NCBI GenBank assembly: GCA_951406725.2 | Contig: OX597839.1 | Location: forward strand, 28,086,001-28,150,000 | Length of the DNA: 64,000 bases | Origin: Octopus vulgaris | Lineage: Eukaryota | Reading direction: 5' to 3' | Shown: positions 14,326 to 28,393 of the stretch, piece after piece | Layout: each line of letters opens with the position of its first letter | Numbering within the stretch: position 1 is the stretch's first letter | Made by a program: the position numbers and the translations under genes | Notes under the pieces: model-generated | Database searches by the model: none | Seen by the model: only the letters and a program-made list of their open reading frames with translations | Told to the model about the DNA's origin: nothing

Positions 14326-14526
14326 TCTTTTACTTGTTTCAGTCATTTGACTGCGGCCATGCTAGAGCACTGCCTTTAATTGAGCAACTCGACCCCGGGA
14401 TTTATTCTTTTGTAAGCCCAGTACTTATTCTATCAGTCTCTTTTGCCGAACCGCTAAGTGACGGGGACGTAAACACACCAGCATCGGTTGTCAAGCGATG
14501 CTAGGGGGACAAACACAGACACACAA

Positions 14527-14613
<87 letters not shown>

Positions 14614-14785
14614 CATATATACGACGGACTTCTTTCAGCTTCCGTCTACCAAATCCACTCACAAGGCTTTGGTCGGCCCGAGGCTATAGTAGAAGACACT
14701 TGCCCAAGGTGCCACGCAGTAGGACTGAACCCGGAACCATGTGGTTGGTAAGCAAGCTACTTACCACACAGCCACGCCTGTTCCT
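14323..14785 (-). mobile_element. Full-length CORE-type tRNA SINE (family B) with internal (TA)/(TG) microsatellite; other copies 2150-2368, 3935-4266, 5535-5790, 16035-16385, 21790-21980, 33145-33435, 44185-44425, 62425-62645 (all -)
   Basis: Head GTGGCTGTGTGGTAAG...GGTTCAGTCC, core GGCACCTTGGGCAAGTGTCTT, tail ...CAGTCAAATGACTGAAACAAGTAAAAGAGTA. Confidence 0.88.
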
Positions 14786-14936
14786 ATATTGTCAGGATTT
14801 TTCACATTTTCTTAATACAGTGATACCTCACAGTACGAGTTTAATTCGTTCCATGACCAAGGTCGGTGTGAGAAGCCAGATCTGGCCAGTTAGAACATAT
14901 AACGTGGAATATTTTGGCTAGATATGGTCAGTTTAA

Positions 14937-15158
14937 CCCTTTCGTTACTGTATTTATTTTGAGATGCTCTGTGTTTCATTCAATTAATTTTAATTATAAC
15001 AAGGAATTTAGCAAAAGAACTTAGTTATCATTAGGCTAGTATTGGGAACACAAATTGTGACTTAGGTTTGGTGGAAGATTTTAATTCAATACTTATGAAA
15101 GTAAGACATTTGTACTACAGAGCCAGAGGCGGTTTTGGCCGGGTTGGTATCAAAAGGG
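14937..15158. mobile_element. piggyBac-like MITE nested in another piggyBac-like MITE
   Basis: TTAA-CCCTTT...AAAGGG-TTAA (TSD 14933-36, 15159-62); the host element resumes as ATGCTAAAGGGTTAA to 15177. Confidence 0.85.
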
Positions 15159-15589
15159 TTAAATGCTAAAGGGTTAAGTGTAGCATTAATGGCAGGGATT
15201 TCTTCTGTCTCAAAGTTCCTGCAAAAACTGTGGGCACTGCCTCTTTGCCCTCAATCAGCAAGTTAAATAAAATCTTGCCCACAGGGGACTGAACATAGAG
15301 GAGACAAACAAGGGCAGACAAAGGGTTTAAGTTGATTACATCAACCAGTGCACAACTGGTACTTATTTAATTGACTCCGGAAGGATGAAAGTCAAAGCCG
15401 ACTTCGGCGGAGTTTGAACTCGGAGCAAAATACCAGCAGACGAAATACTGCTAAGCATTTCGCCCGGCTAATTTCTCTGATTAAAAACTATGTCAACCCC
15501 TCCACATGAAGGAGGTGGAAAAAAGAGTACTCAAATACCAGTGGTAGAGTAATATGCTTTATTTAAAGCAGCAGAAAATTCAACAAAAT

Positions 15590-15627
15590 CTGTTACTCTG
15601 AGTTTCTCGTTGCCGTTCATCAGACAG
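15590..15627 (-). ncRNA. Minimal type I hammerhead ribozyme motif (family 2)
   Basis: Minus strand CUGU-CUGAUGA-ACG(GCAA)CGA-GAAA-CUCAGAG-UA/ACAG: canonical core and GUA cleavage triplet, stem I CUGU/ACAG, one mismatch in stem II. Confidence 0.72.
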
Positions 15628-17034
15628 TTTTTGCTAGAATGGTATTTGAGTACTCTTTTTTTTCACCTCCTTCATGTGGAGGGGTTGACATAGTTTTTAA
15701 TCAGAGAAAACTATGTCAACCCGTCCACATGAAGGAGTTTGGAGTTCTATGCAGTCCTTGAGCTTGTTGAATCTTATCAATCTGTCCTTGGAAAGCAGAC
15801 ATTAAGTGATGATGACGATGACGATTAAATGACTAAGTAGTTGAGATACTTATGACAAGATCACGAGTTCAGTGTGACAAGAGTTCCATTGTGTTGCTGT
15901 ATCCTTGTGGAATATGAGATGGTTCTACTCCATCTCGGTTTTCCTGATTACAAAAGAACAACCCATGAAACTCTGTCCCATCTGCGTTTATTTCTTGCAT
16001 CGAACAACTGACAGTTGGAGTGGCATTTTTTATCTCTTACTTGTGGCCATGCTGGAGCTGTGCCTTGAAGAATGAATTGAATCTAGTATTTTTTTTTTTA
16101 AGCTTGGTACTTATATCAGTTTCTTTGGCCAATCCACTAAGTTACAGGGATGTAAACACACCAACACCAGTTTCCAAGCAATGGTCAAGGGACAGACGCA
16201 AAGACACAAACATTCACACAATGGGCTTCTTTCAGTTTCCGTCTACCAAATTCACTCACATAGCTTTGGTCAGCCTGAAGTTATAGTAGAAGAAAGACAA
16301 TTGCCCAAGGTGCCATACAGTGGGACTGAACCTGGAACCATGTGGTTGGAAAGCAAGCTTCTTTCTTACTGCTCAGCCATGCTGTTTAGTCTGTAAAATA
16401 CAGAATATGCTTTGACATTATGCAAATTTTGTGACTTCTTTATCAAAAACCTTTCAAATAATGTCATTCTATCATTCCGCCCATTTTTAGCATTGAAAAT
16501 TGGATGTAAAATAGTGAAAGAAATTTAAAATAAAGAAGAAAAAAAAACCTGTATAAAACACGAGTGCCATTGTTGAAGGCCATCGAATGGCAGATATTTA
16601 GTGAAGGAGAGGAGGTGTCGGGTGAAGGGAGGCGGTGCCAGGAAGTGACTGCTTATTATTTCAATGACATAAGCATATAAGCACCAACAAAGGATATTTT
16701 AAGTGGTCGCTCGATTTGCTAGAAAGAGCAGTCAAGTCTCCAAAAATGGACTTGCATGCTGGATCATGTGATGGGTTCTCTGCCGGGATGGTCCTGCTTT
16801 GCAACGTCTTTGGTCGTCTCTGCTTGGGCGAGGTTGACCTCGGGCTTTGTAGAGGGAAAAGAACTCTTCACAAACAGGCTTAAATCCATTAAATGCTATA
16901 GTGTTGTCATTCTTCAGTTAATTGTCACTTAATTACAACTTGTAAGTACTTCATATCTTGTATAATGAGGGTGGATGGGTGGGGAGACAGCATCAATGGG
17001 TTGACAAAATCAGGCCAACAACAGAACCGTAATG

Positions 17035-17342
17035 TTTTTATTAACCCCAAAGGGCTCACAGAAAACATTGGGGACAGTACAAGACTATATAATGTGGGGT
17101 TATATAAAAAGTGTGTAAAAAGTAAAAAAAATAAAAAATAAAAAAAAAAGCAGCAACAATATAAATTTTAACAATTTCCCAAAAAAAAGGGGGACTTCCC
17201 AGGGTTGCTCGTTGAGACCCCACAAAACCCACAGCCACCAGGGCAAGTGCCCTCTTCACCGTGTCTTTCTTCAACTTACAGGTGCATGCTTAGAGCAGGC
17301 CTGTTCTCTCAAACCATTCTTGCCGCATTCACCCATCTTTCA
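17035..17342 (-). mobile_element. Possible L1/Tx1-like 3' end fragment
   Basis: The minus strand reads ERWVNAARMV...L* followed by a UTR ending in AATAAA and an A-rich end; similar 3' ends near 13490 and 17790. Confidence 0.35.
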
Positions 17343-18084
17343 ATTAATAATAATAATCCTTCTTGCCATAGACACAAGGCCTGAAATTTTGGGAGAGGGT
17401 ACCAGTTGATTAAAACCACCCCAGTGTTTCACTGGTACTTAATTTATCAACCCTGAAAGGATGAACGGCCAAGTCAACCTTGGCAGAATTTGAACTTTGA
17501 CAGGTGAAATACCACCAGGCATCTTCGTCTAGTGTGCTAATAATTCTGCTAGCTGACTGCCATAATAATGATAATAATCCTTTCTACTATAAGCAGAAGG
17601 CCTGAAATTTTGCAAGGAGGGGGACTAATCGATTACATCGACCCTGAAAGGATGAATGGCAAAGTGGACCTCAGCAGAATTTGAACTCAGAACGTAGCGA
17701 TGGGCGAAATACCACTCAGCATTTTCATTCAGTGTGCTAACAATTTTGCCAGCTCACCACCTTAATAATAATAATAATAATAATTAATTCTGGTTTATTG
17801 GCCACAAGGGCTTACAAAAATCAAAGAAACATGTAAGGACAAATACAGGACGAAAATTACAAAGGGTTTTGTCCGATAGAAAGGTCCATGTAAAAATTCA
17901 GGATAACAACAAAAATATATCTAACAAGTAAAACTCCCAATAGGGGGAGGCGCTTCGAAAGGTTACTCGTGGAAAAATAATAATAATCTTTTCTACTATA
18001 GGCACAAGGCCTGAAATTTTAGGTTGGGGGAGAGGTTAGTCAATTACATCAACCCCAGTGTGTAACTGCTACTTATTTCATCAA

Positions 18085-18318
18085 AAGGCAGTGAGCTGGC
18101 AGAAACGTTAGCACGCCGGGCGAAATGCTTTGCGGTATTTTGTCTGTCGTTATGTTGTGAGTTCAAATTCCGCCGAGGTCGACTTTGCCTTTCATCCTTT
18201 CGGGGTCGATAAATTAAGTACCAGTTACGCACTGGGGTCGATGTAATCAACTTAATACCTATGTCTGTCCTTGTTTGTCCTCTCAATGTTTAGCCCCTGT
18301 GGGCAATAAAGAAATAGG
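18085..18318 (+). mobile_element. SINE family A copy nested inside an opposite-orientation copy of the same family
   Basis: 15-bp TSD TACTTATTTCATCAA at 18070-18084 and 18319-18333; the host copy continues on both sides. Confidence 0.85.
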
Positions 18319-18580
18319 TACTTATTTCATCAACTCCGAAAGGATGAAAGGCAATTTGAGCTTGGTGGAATTTAAGCTCAGAACGCAAGGACAGACAAAA
18401 TGCTGCTAATGGTTCTGCCAGCTTTCCACCTTACATGATGAAAATAATAATGATAATAATAATAACAATGTGGCTCTCATGGCTTCTGATCTTAACTGAT
18501 TGGAAGTGTTATCATGTACATTGTTTTGTCTTGGTATAAAAGATGGGCTACAGCAAATATTCTGCTCAGTACCACAGATT

Positions 18581-18680
18581 NNNNNNNNNNNNNNNNNNNN
18601 NNNNNNNNNNNNNNNNNNNNNNNNNNNNNNNNNNNNNNNNNNNNNNNNNNNNNNNNNNNNNNNNNNNNNNNNNNNNNNNN
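18581..18680. other. Assembly gap (100 N)
   Basis: A run of exactly 100 N, a typical placeholder for an unknown gap size. Confidence 0.99.
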
Positions 18681-18693
18681 GTGTGTGTGTGTG

Positions 18694-18732
<39 letters not shown>

Positions 18733-19879
18733 GTGTGTATATATATATATATATATATCGTAGCTGGGGCTGATACCCTGGCTGGCTTCTGTGCCGACGG
18801 CACGTAAAAAGCACCCACTACACTCTCGGAGTGGTTGGCATTAGGAAAGGCATCCAGCTGTAGAAATTCTGTCAGACCTGATTGAAGCCTGGTGCAGCCA
18901 TTGGCTCTCCAGACTTCAGTCAAACCGTGCAACCCATGCCAGCATGGGAAACAGACGTTAATCAATAATGCTGATCACACACATGTATGAATGCTAACAT
19001 GATGTATTCCTTGGTGTTCTTCCTCTGTCATCTCCCAAATGTCTCTCTCTCTTCATTTTGAACTCTTTCAATCTTCTACCAAAATGGTTGAGAATAACTC
19101 AATGGTATGAGAGAAAGAGAGTGAGTGAGTGTAAGAGAAGTGGTGTTAAGCAGCTCTTATTGGCTGGGTTATCTCCAAGACGGCGGCGGCGTTGCCATGT
19201 TGACTCCAAAGACGGGGGTCAAATACTACAAATGCCTAAGCTTCCATCAACTGATAAATTTGTTTTTCTCTTCTCTTTTATTTACTCTTGGACTCGAAAC
19301 TGTTGGCATCAGAGGGAATTGGTCTGTGGGGTGGGATTGGGTGGGTGTGCACCCTTGCACAAGCATGGAATTGTGCGCATGTATGGATGCACTTGCATAC
19401 CAAAAACACACACACACACAAACATTATCTCTCTTCTTACATCTCTCTTCCTCTCTCTTTCACACTCGCCCTTTCTCTTTCTCCCTTTCTTTCTCTTTCT
19501 CCTTTTCTCTTTCTTTCTTTCTTTCTCTTTCTCTCTTTCATTCTCTCTCTCACTCTCTCCCTTTCTTTCTCTCTCCTTTTCTTTCTCTCTCTCCCTTTCT
19601 TTCTCTCTCCTTTTCTTTCTCTCTCTCCCTTTCTTTCTCTCTCTCCCTTTCTTTCTCTTTCTCTCCTCTTCCTTCTCTCTCTCTCTCTTTAGTCCTCTCT
19701 CTTTTTCTCCCTCTCTCACACACATACTTACACTCAGATGGTAGATGCAGTCGTATAGATATTTTCTGAAAAATAATGTATACACACACACACACACACA
19801 TGTGGCCACATGCAATCACATGCAACCATATAAATACGCTCTCCACCCCACCCCTGACCCTCTCTCCTCAAAAATAAAT

Positions 19880-19921
<42 letters not shown>

Positions 19922-20803
19922 ATGACAGAGCTTTTTGCATTCGTGCAAGATAACGGATGTAACATTTATCAGACTTGCAGTAGCGAGATAGAGGCAGAGG
20001 AGGGAAAGGAAGAGGAGAGGGCGTGAGGGATGGTTGCTGCTGCTGCTGATGGTGGTGGTGGTGATGATGGTGATGATGAAAACAAACCAATGCTTGTGTT
20101 CGTGATTTATAAAAGCTAAAAAGATAAGTGAGGCTTTTTATTTTATTTTTTTTTAGGCATTTATTTTTTATCTTCTGAAACAAGGTGAAGTTAAGAGTCA
20201 AAACTTCGTCTGTCTGTGTGTCTCTCTCTCTCTTCATGTTCTTGTTGGTTTGTCTTCGTCTTTCACAAAACAGTCATCAAGGAAATAAAAAACCTAGTCA
20301 GCAGCTCACCTCCCCACCAAATGATTCTGGGTGTCAGTCTCGCCCCCATGGCACCTTGAGCAAGTGTCTTCTACTGCAGATAGCCTCAGGCCAATCAAAA
20401 CCTCATGAGTGGATTTGGTAGGTGGAAACTGAGGAAGCCCTGTGTGTGTGTTTCTGTTTATCCCCTTCAATCGCTTGACAATTAGTGTTGGTTTGTTCTT
20501 TAGAAATTTATCCTAACGAAGATAATGATGAATTGACTTTTTACTGATGTCCAGACTATTGAACACCTCAAAAATCATTTTAAAACGTATATATTTTTTT
20601 TTTGCTCACCTAACCCTTATCATTCAGATTACTCTGTCAGTTATAACGCTTACATCTATTCACATTGGGAGTTTGATGCTGTGATTGTTTATTTTGATAA
20701 CAGCATTGTAGGGTAGGTGGGAGAGGCCTGATTTGGCCAGTTTGGCCATAAAACAGGTAAAGCTTAGTTACTTACATTGTTTTGAATTAATCATGCTTTC
20801 ATT

Positions 20804-21014
20804 TAAGTTCATCTCTACAAATTCTTGCCAGCACTAATTTTGTTACAACGTTTCATATCTGAGACACCAGATGTAAACAAACGAGATTAAAGATGAAAAA
20901 AACCCATTTTCCCATCTTCTATGTTTCTTTATATCTGACGTCTCAGATACGAAACATCATAACAAAACCAGTTCTGGTTTTAATTTCTGTATAAAATCTG
21001 CAGAGATGACCTTA
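20804..21014. mobile_element. Degenerate foldback MITE
   Basis: TAAG(T/G)TCATCTCT(A/G)CA termini and an internal inverted pair GTTTCATATCTGAGAC / GTCTCAGATACGAAAC. Confidence 0.65.
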
Positions 21015-21299
21015 GCACATGATTTAAGTGCACTGCTAACACAGTAGGACACAGTATTGACTTATAAAAACATTTAATCTATCTCGTAGTATAATACGGT
21101 CGCATAACAAAATACTGTGAACCTACAAGTCATTAATTTTGCATTCTCTCACAGCTTTGAGTGTTTGATGGTGTGGTTGTTTATTTTCATAATGACCTTG
21201 TCGGGTAGATGCGAGAGGCCAAATCTGGCCAGTTTGGACATAAAACAGGTAGGATATTCAGGCTGGATACGGCTGGTTTAAATGCTAAGGGGTTAAGGA

Positions 21300-21610
21300 A
21301 TTACATTCCTGGAAAAGACTGTTCGAAACTAGATCTTTTCGAATGGCAATTTGCCAAGCATCCATCATCCGGATTGACTGGAGATAATGATGTTATCTTT
21401 AATAAAAACAGGCTGTTCATTCCTGAACCTTATCGTATCAAAGGTTTCTTCTTTTTTTTTTCCTACAATTCATAATACTCGCACATGGCTGTACAACAAA
21501 CACCGAAGAATGGAAGGGTTTGTGTTTGGTGGCCTAATCTTAGTAGAGATACTGAAGAATTTGTCAGATCCTGTGACGTGTGTGCTAAAATCAGATTTGA
21601 AAGCATTCCT
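21300..21610 (+). mobile_element. Degenerate Ty3/gypsy pol fragment (integrase HHCC zinc-binding region)
   Basis: Frameshifted translation DVIFNKNRLFIPEPYR...IHNT/HMAVQQT...VWWPNLSRDTEEFVRSCDVC matches the gypsy H..H...WWP.....I...V..C..C motif. Confidence 0.75.
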
Positions 21611-21749
21611 TGACTGATAAGTGGTCTGAGTGCAGAGCCCCTTCTAAAGATTGTCGAAGGACCTGAGCTACAATATGGAAAAGAAACTGGAAATGTATTT
21701 AGTCTTTTCTTATCAGATTTCCATTGAAATAAACATGTGTTATTTCAGC

Positions 21750-21785
<36 letters not shown>

Positions 21786-21986
21786 TTTTGTCTTTTACTT
21801 GTTTCAGTCATTAGACTATGGCCATGCTGGGGCACCACCTTGAAAGCTTCTAAGTCGAATGAACCGACCCCACTACTTATTTTCTTGTTAACCCTGGTAC
21901 TTGTACTATTGGTCTCTTTTTGCTGCGCCACTAAGTTATGGGAATGTAAACACACAGACATCGGTTGTCAAGCACACACATAAATG

Positions 21987-25535
<3,549 letters not shown>

Positions 25536-25914
25536 TTTTATCTTTTACTCGTTTCAGTCATTAGACTGACCATGCTGGGGCACTGCCTTCAAGAATTTTT
25601 CGTTGAATGATCCAACTCAAGCACTTAAGTCAATAAATTAAATACCAGTTACGCACTGGGGTCAATGTAATCGATATAATCCCATTGTCTGTCCTTGTTT
25701 GTCCCCTTGTGGGCAATAAAGAAATAAGAAACTGTAATGTGTTGATGACAATCAATCAGGATGTAGCATTTCTGCAAATGAAATGAAGGATGTTTTACCA
25801 AACCCTGTGGAGAATATTTGTTAGTCATCTTTATTCATTAGTCTTTTTCATTTTATTCATTAGTCTTTTTCATGTTATTCATTAGTCATTTTCTTCTTCT
25901 TCTTCTCGTTTCAG

Positions 25915-26049
25915 TTTCACGCCAATTATTGAATATATTGATGAACAATTTGAGCGCTACCTCCACGACGAAAGTGGTCTAAACAGACGGCATATCATCG
26001 ACAACAGAGTCCACTGTTGTTTCTACTTCATCAATCCATCTAGTCATGG
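25915..26049 (+). CDS. SEPT2: Septin (SEPT2 group) coding exon, first visible; GTPase domain
   Basis: Pyrimidine tract + TTCAG acceptor (AG 25913-14), GTGAGT donor at 26050. Translates [45 protein letters not shown], near-identical to the SEPT2-group motif [33 protein letters not shown]. Confidence 0.96.
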
Positions 26050-27225
26050 GTGAGTGACCGTTGCTTTCTTATAGGTTTTGTTATTTTAATTTTTAAAATT
26101 ATTTATTTACCCTTTTACCATCCAGATTACTCTGTCAAATGTGTTGTTGTTTGTTCCTTCTCGAGCCATGCCTGGTTCATTAGGGGCCGGTTTCCTTGGC
26201 GTATAGGTTCCCCACCTGGACGGGACGCCAGTCGGTCGCAGGTGAGCTGCAAGATGCAGGAGGAAAGAGTGAGAGAAAGATGTGGCAAAAGAGTCAGCAG
26301 AAGTCTCGCCATTACCTTCTGCCGGAACCATGTGCAGCTTAGGTGTTTCGCTCATAAATACACATCACCCAGGGTCGATTTGTTCAACTAAAGGTGGTGC
26401 TCCAGCATGGCTGCAGTCAAATGACCGAAACAAATAAAAGAATACATCTACAATGCACAAAATATTTTAATTTATTTTTTTATACAATTCCTATGGGGGT
26501 GGGGTCTTGCACTTATCTTGGAAATCATTACTAGGGTGGCGATGGTAGAATTATCATCATGCCAGACAGAATGTTAACAGCATTTTTTACAGTTTTTTTT
26601 TTATATTCTGATCTCAAATCCTGCAGAGATAAACTTAGCCTTTTGTTCTTTGGAGGGTTGATAGAATGCCATCAAGTACCGAGATCAGTGTAACTCCCTA
26701 AAAAAAACATTACTGGTCTTGTGCTAAAATTATTATTATAATTATTATAAGGCAAAAAGCTGGCAGAATCATTAGCACACCAGACACAATGCTTAGCAGC
26801 ATTTTGTTTGTCTTTGCATTCAGGGTTCAAATCCATTGCAGTCAACTTGGCCTTTTGGGGTTGATGAAATAGGTACCTGTTAAACAGTGGGGTCAATAGC
26901 ACCTTCCCCCAAAATTGATTCAGTCAATGGAACAACTCGCTCAAGAGATTAATGTGCAAGTGGCTGAGCACTCCACAGACGCGCTTACCCCTTCACGTAG
27001 TTCTCAGGGAGATTCAGCGTGACACAGTGTGACAAGGCTGGCCCCTTGAACTACAGGTACTACTGTATTTTGCCAGCTGAGTGAACTGGAGCATCATGAA
27101 AGACTTGCTCAAGGACACAGTGTGCCACCAGGAATCGAACTCATGGTTTTACTATCATGAGCTGAATACCCTAACCACTAAGCCACGTGCCTTCATTATT
27201 GGTAGTAGTACTAGTCTTATCATAA

Positions 27226-27586
27226 TTATTACCTCTGCCTTAACGAAGGTGGAGGTATTGTTTTCAGTTGTGTTTGTTCATCCGTGGACATCTCAAGAAC
27301 CACTGGATGGATTCGGATGAAACTTTCAGGGATGTTCGGCCTCGTGACTGGCACAAACTGATTAGGTTTTGGGATCAATCCGGTACCAGACAAGGATCCT
27401 GGATTATTTTTCCTGCTTTTTTTACTTAACTTTTGAGAGTAGTCAGGTTCATTTTTAGTATTCTCGTTTGTGAGAGAAGTCAAGTTTATTTCAGATATTC
27501 TCATTTTAAAAATCATCTCTGGCTAATTGTTGAGAGGACGTTGGTGTTGCCTTGGCAGAGGTTTGCACTCTCTGAGTGCTTCTGTT
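27226..27586 (+). mobile_element. Non-autonomous Helentron (HINE/DINE-1-like) element
   Basis: 5' subTIR ACCTCTGCC followed by its partial inverse (GGTGGAGGT), 3' subTIR GGCAGAGGT (27554-62), 3' stem-loop GCACTC-TCT-GAGTGC (27565-79), T-rich ends. Confidence 0.75.
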
Positions 27587-27611
27587 ATTTATTGTTGTTG
27601 TTGTCTTTCAG

Positions 27612-27729
27612 CCTGAAACCTTTGGATATTTCATTCATGAAAGCTGTTCACCACAAAGTCAACATTGTCCCAGTCCTCGCCAAGGCTGACACACTCACCA
27701 AAAAAGAAGTCTTGAATCTAAAGAGAAAA
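27612..27729 (+). CDS. SEPT2: Septin exon containing the G4 motif AKAD
   Basis: TTTCAG acceptor, GTAAGT donor at 27730. [39 protein letters not shown]; phase-compatible with the previous exon (GG|C = Gly). Confidence 0.96.
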
Positions 27730-27832
27730 GTAAGTTGTTTTCGGATTTAAAAGAACAAAAAGAAATAATTGGATGTAATTTAGTTGCTTTGATGGGTTGC
27801 CAGCAGAAATATTAAAAGCTTTTGATTGTCAA

Positions 27833-28355
27833 TGAAGGAAGGACTAAAAATATGTCGGGACTGTTGCTATATTAAGAAAGCTAAAGTCTGCAGAGTGAAA
27901 CCACTTGGCACAGACTGACCGTGAACTCTGTCATGCATGGACCATTGAGTTATAATGTTCTGGCTCACATCCGTTGTTTGTAACAAAGCTTGGAAGTAAA
28001 GTGTGTTGAGTGTGGTTGTCTCACCACATCACAGAGGTTCCGTCAGTGATTGTGGCAGAGAAAATATGTGTGTGTGTGTGTGTATGTTGGGAGAGACATG
28101 ATTTGAAGGTTGTTACAGCCAAGGATCTTTCCAAAAATCAAAAAATCCCACTTGAAAGAAGGGAAAAAAAAGATTTTCAAGATGTCGAGGAAATCCAGAA
28201 GAATGCAACAAGGCAGCTGCTCATTACCCTTCCAAAAAAAGGAGTTCCAGGAATGCTTCCTTCAGTGGGAGCACTGCCGGATAAAAAGTGTGTGGCTTCA
28301 AAATGGGATTACTTCGAAGGAGATTAAATACCAAATTAATATGTGTTGTGGGTTT

Positions 28356-28370
<15 letters not shown>
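27833..28370 (+). mobile_element. Internally deleted, decayed mariner element immediately left of the Tc1
   Basis: The 5' part aligns by eye to the mariner end at 12400-12489 (reverse complement). 28125-28327 encodes a frameshifted mariner C-terminus (FPKIK..LK...FQDVEEIQKNATRQL..EFQECFLQW..KC....DYFEGD*). Confidence 0.8.
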
Positions 28371-28388
<18 letters not shown>

Positions 28389-28393
<5 letters not shown>

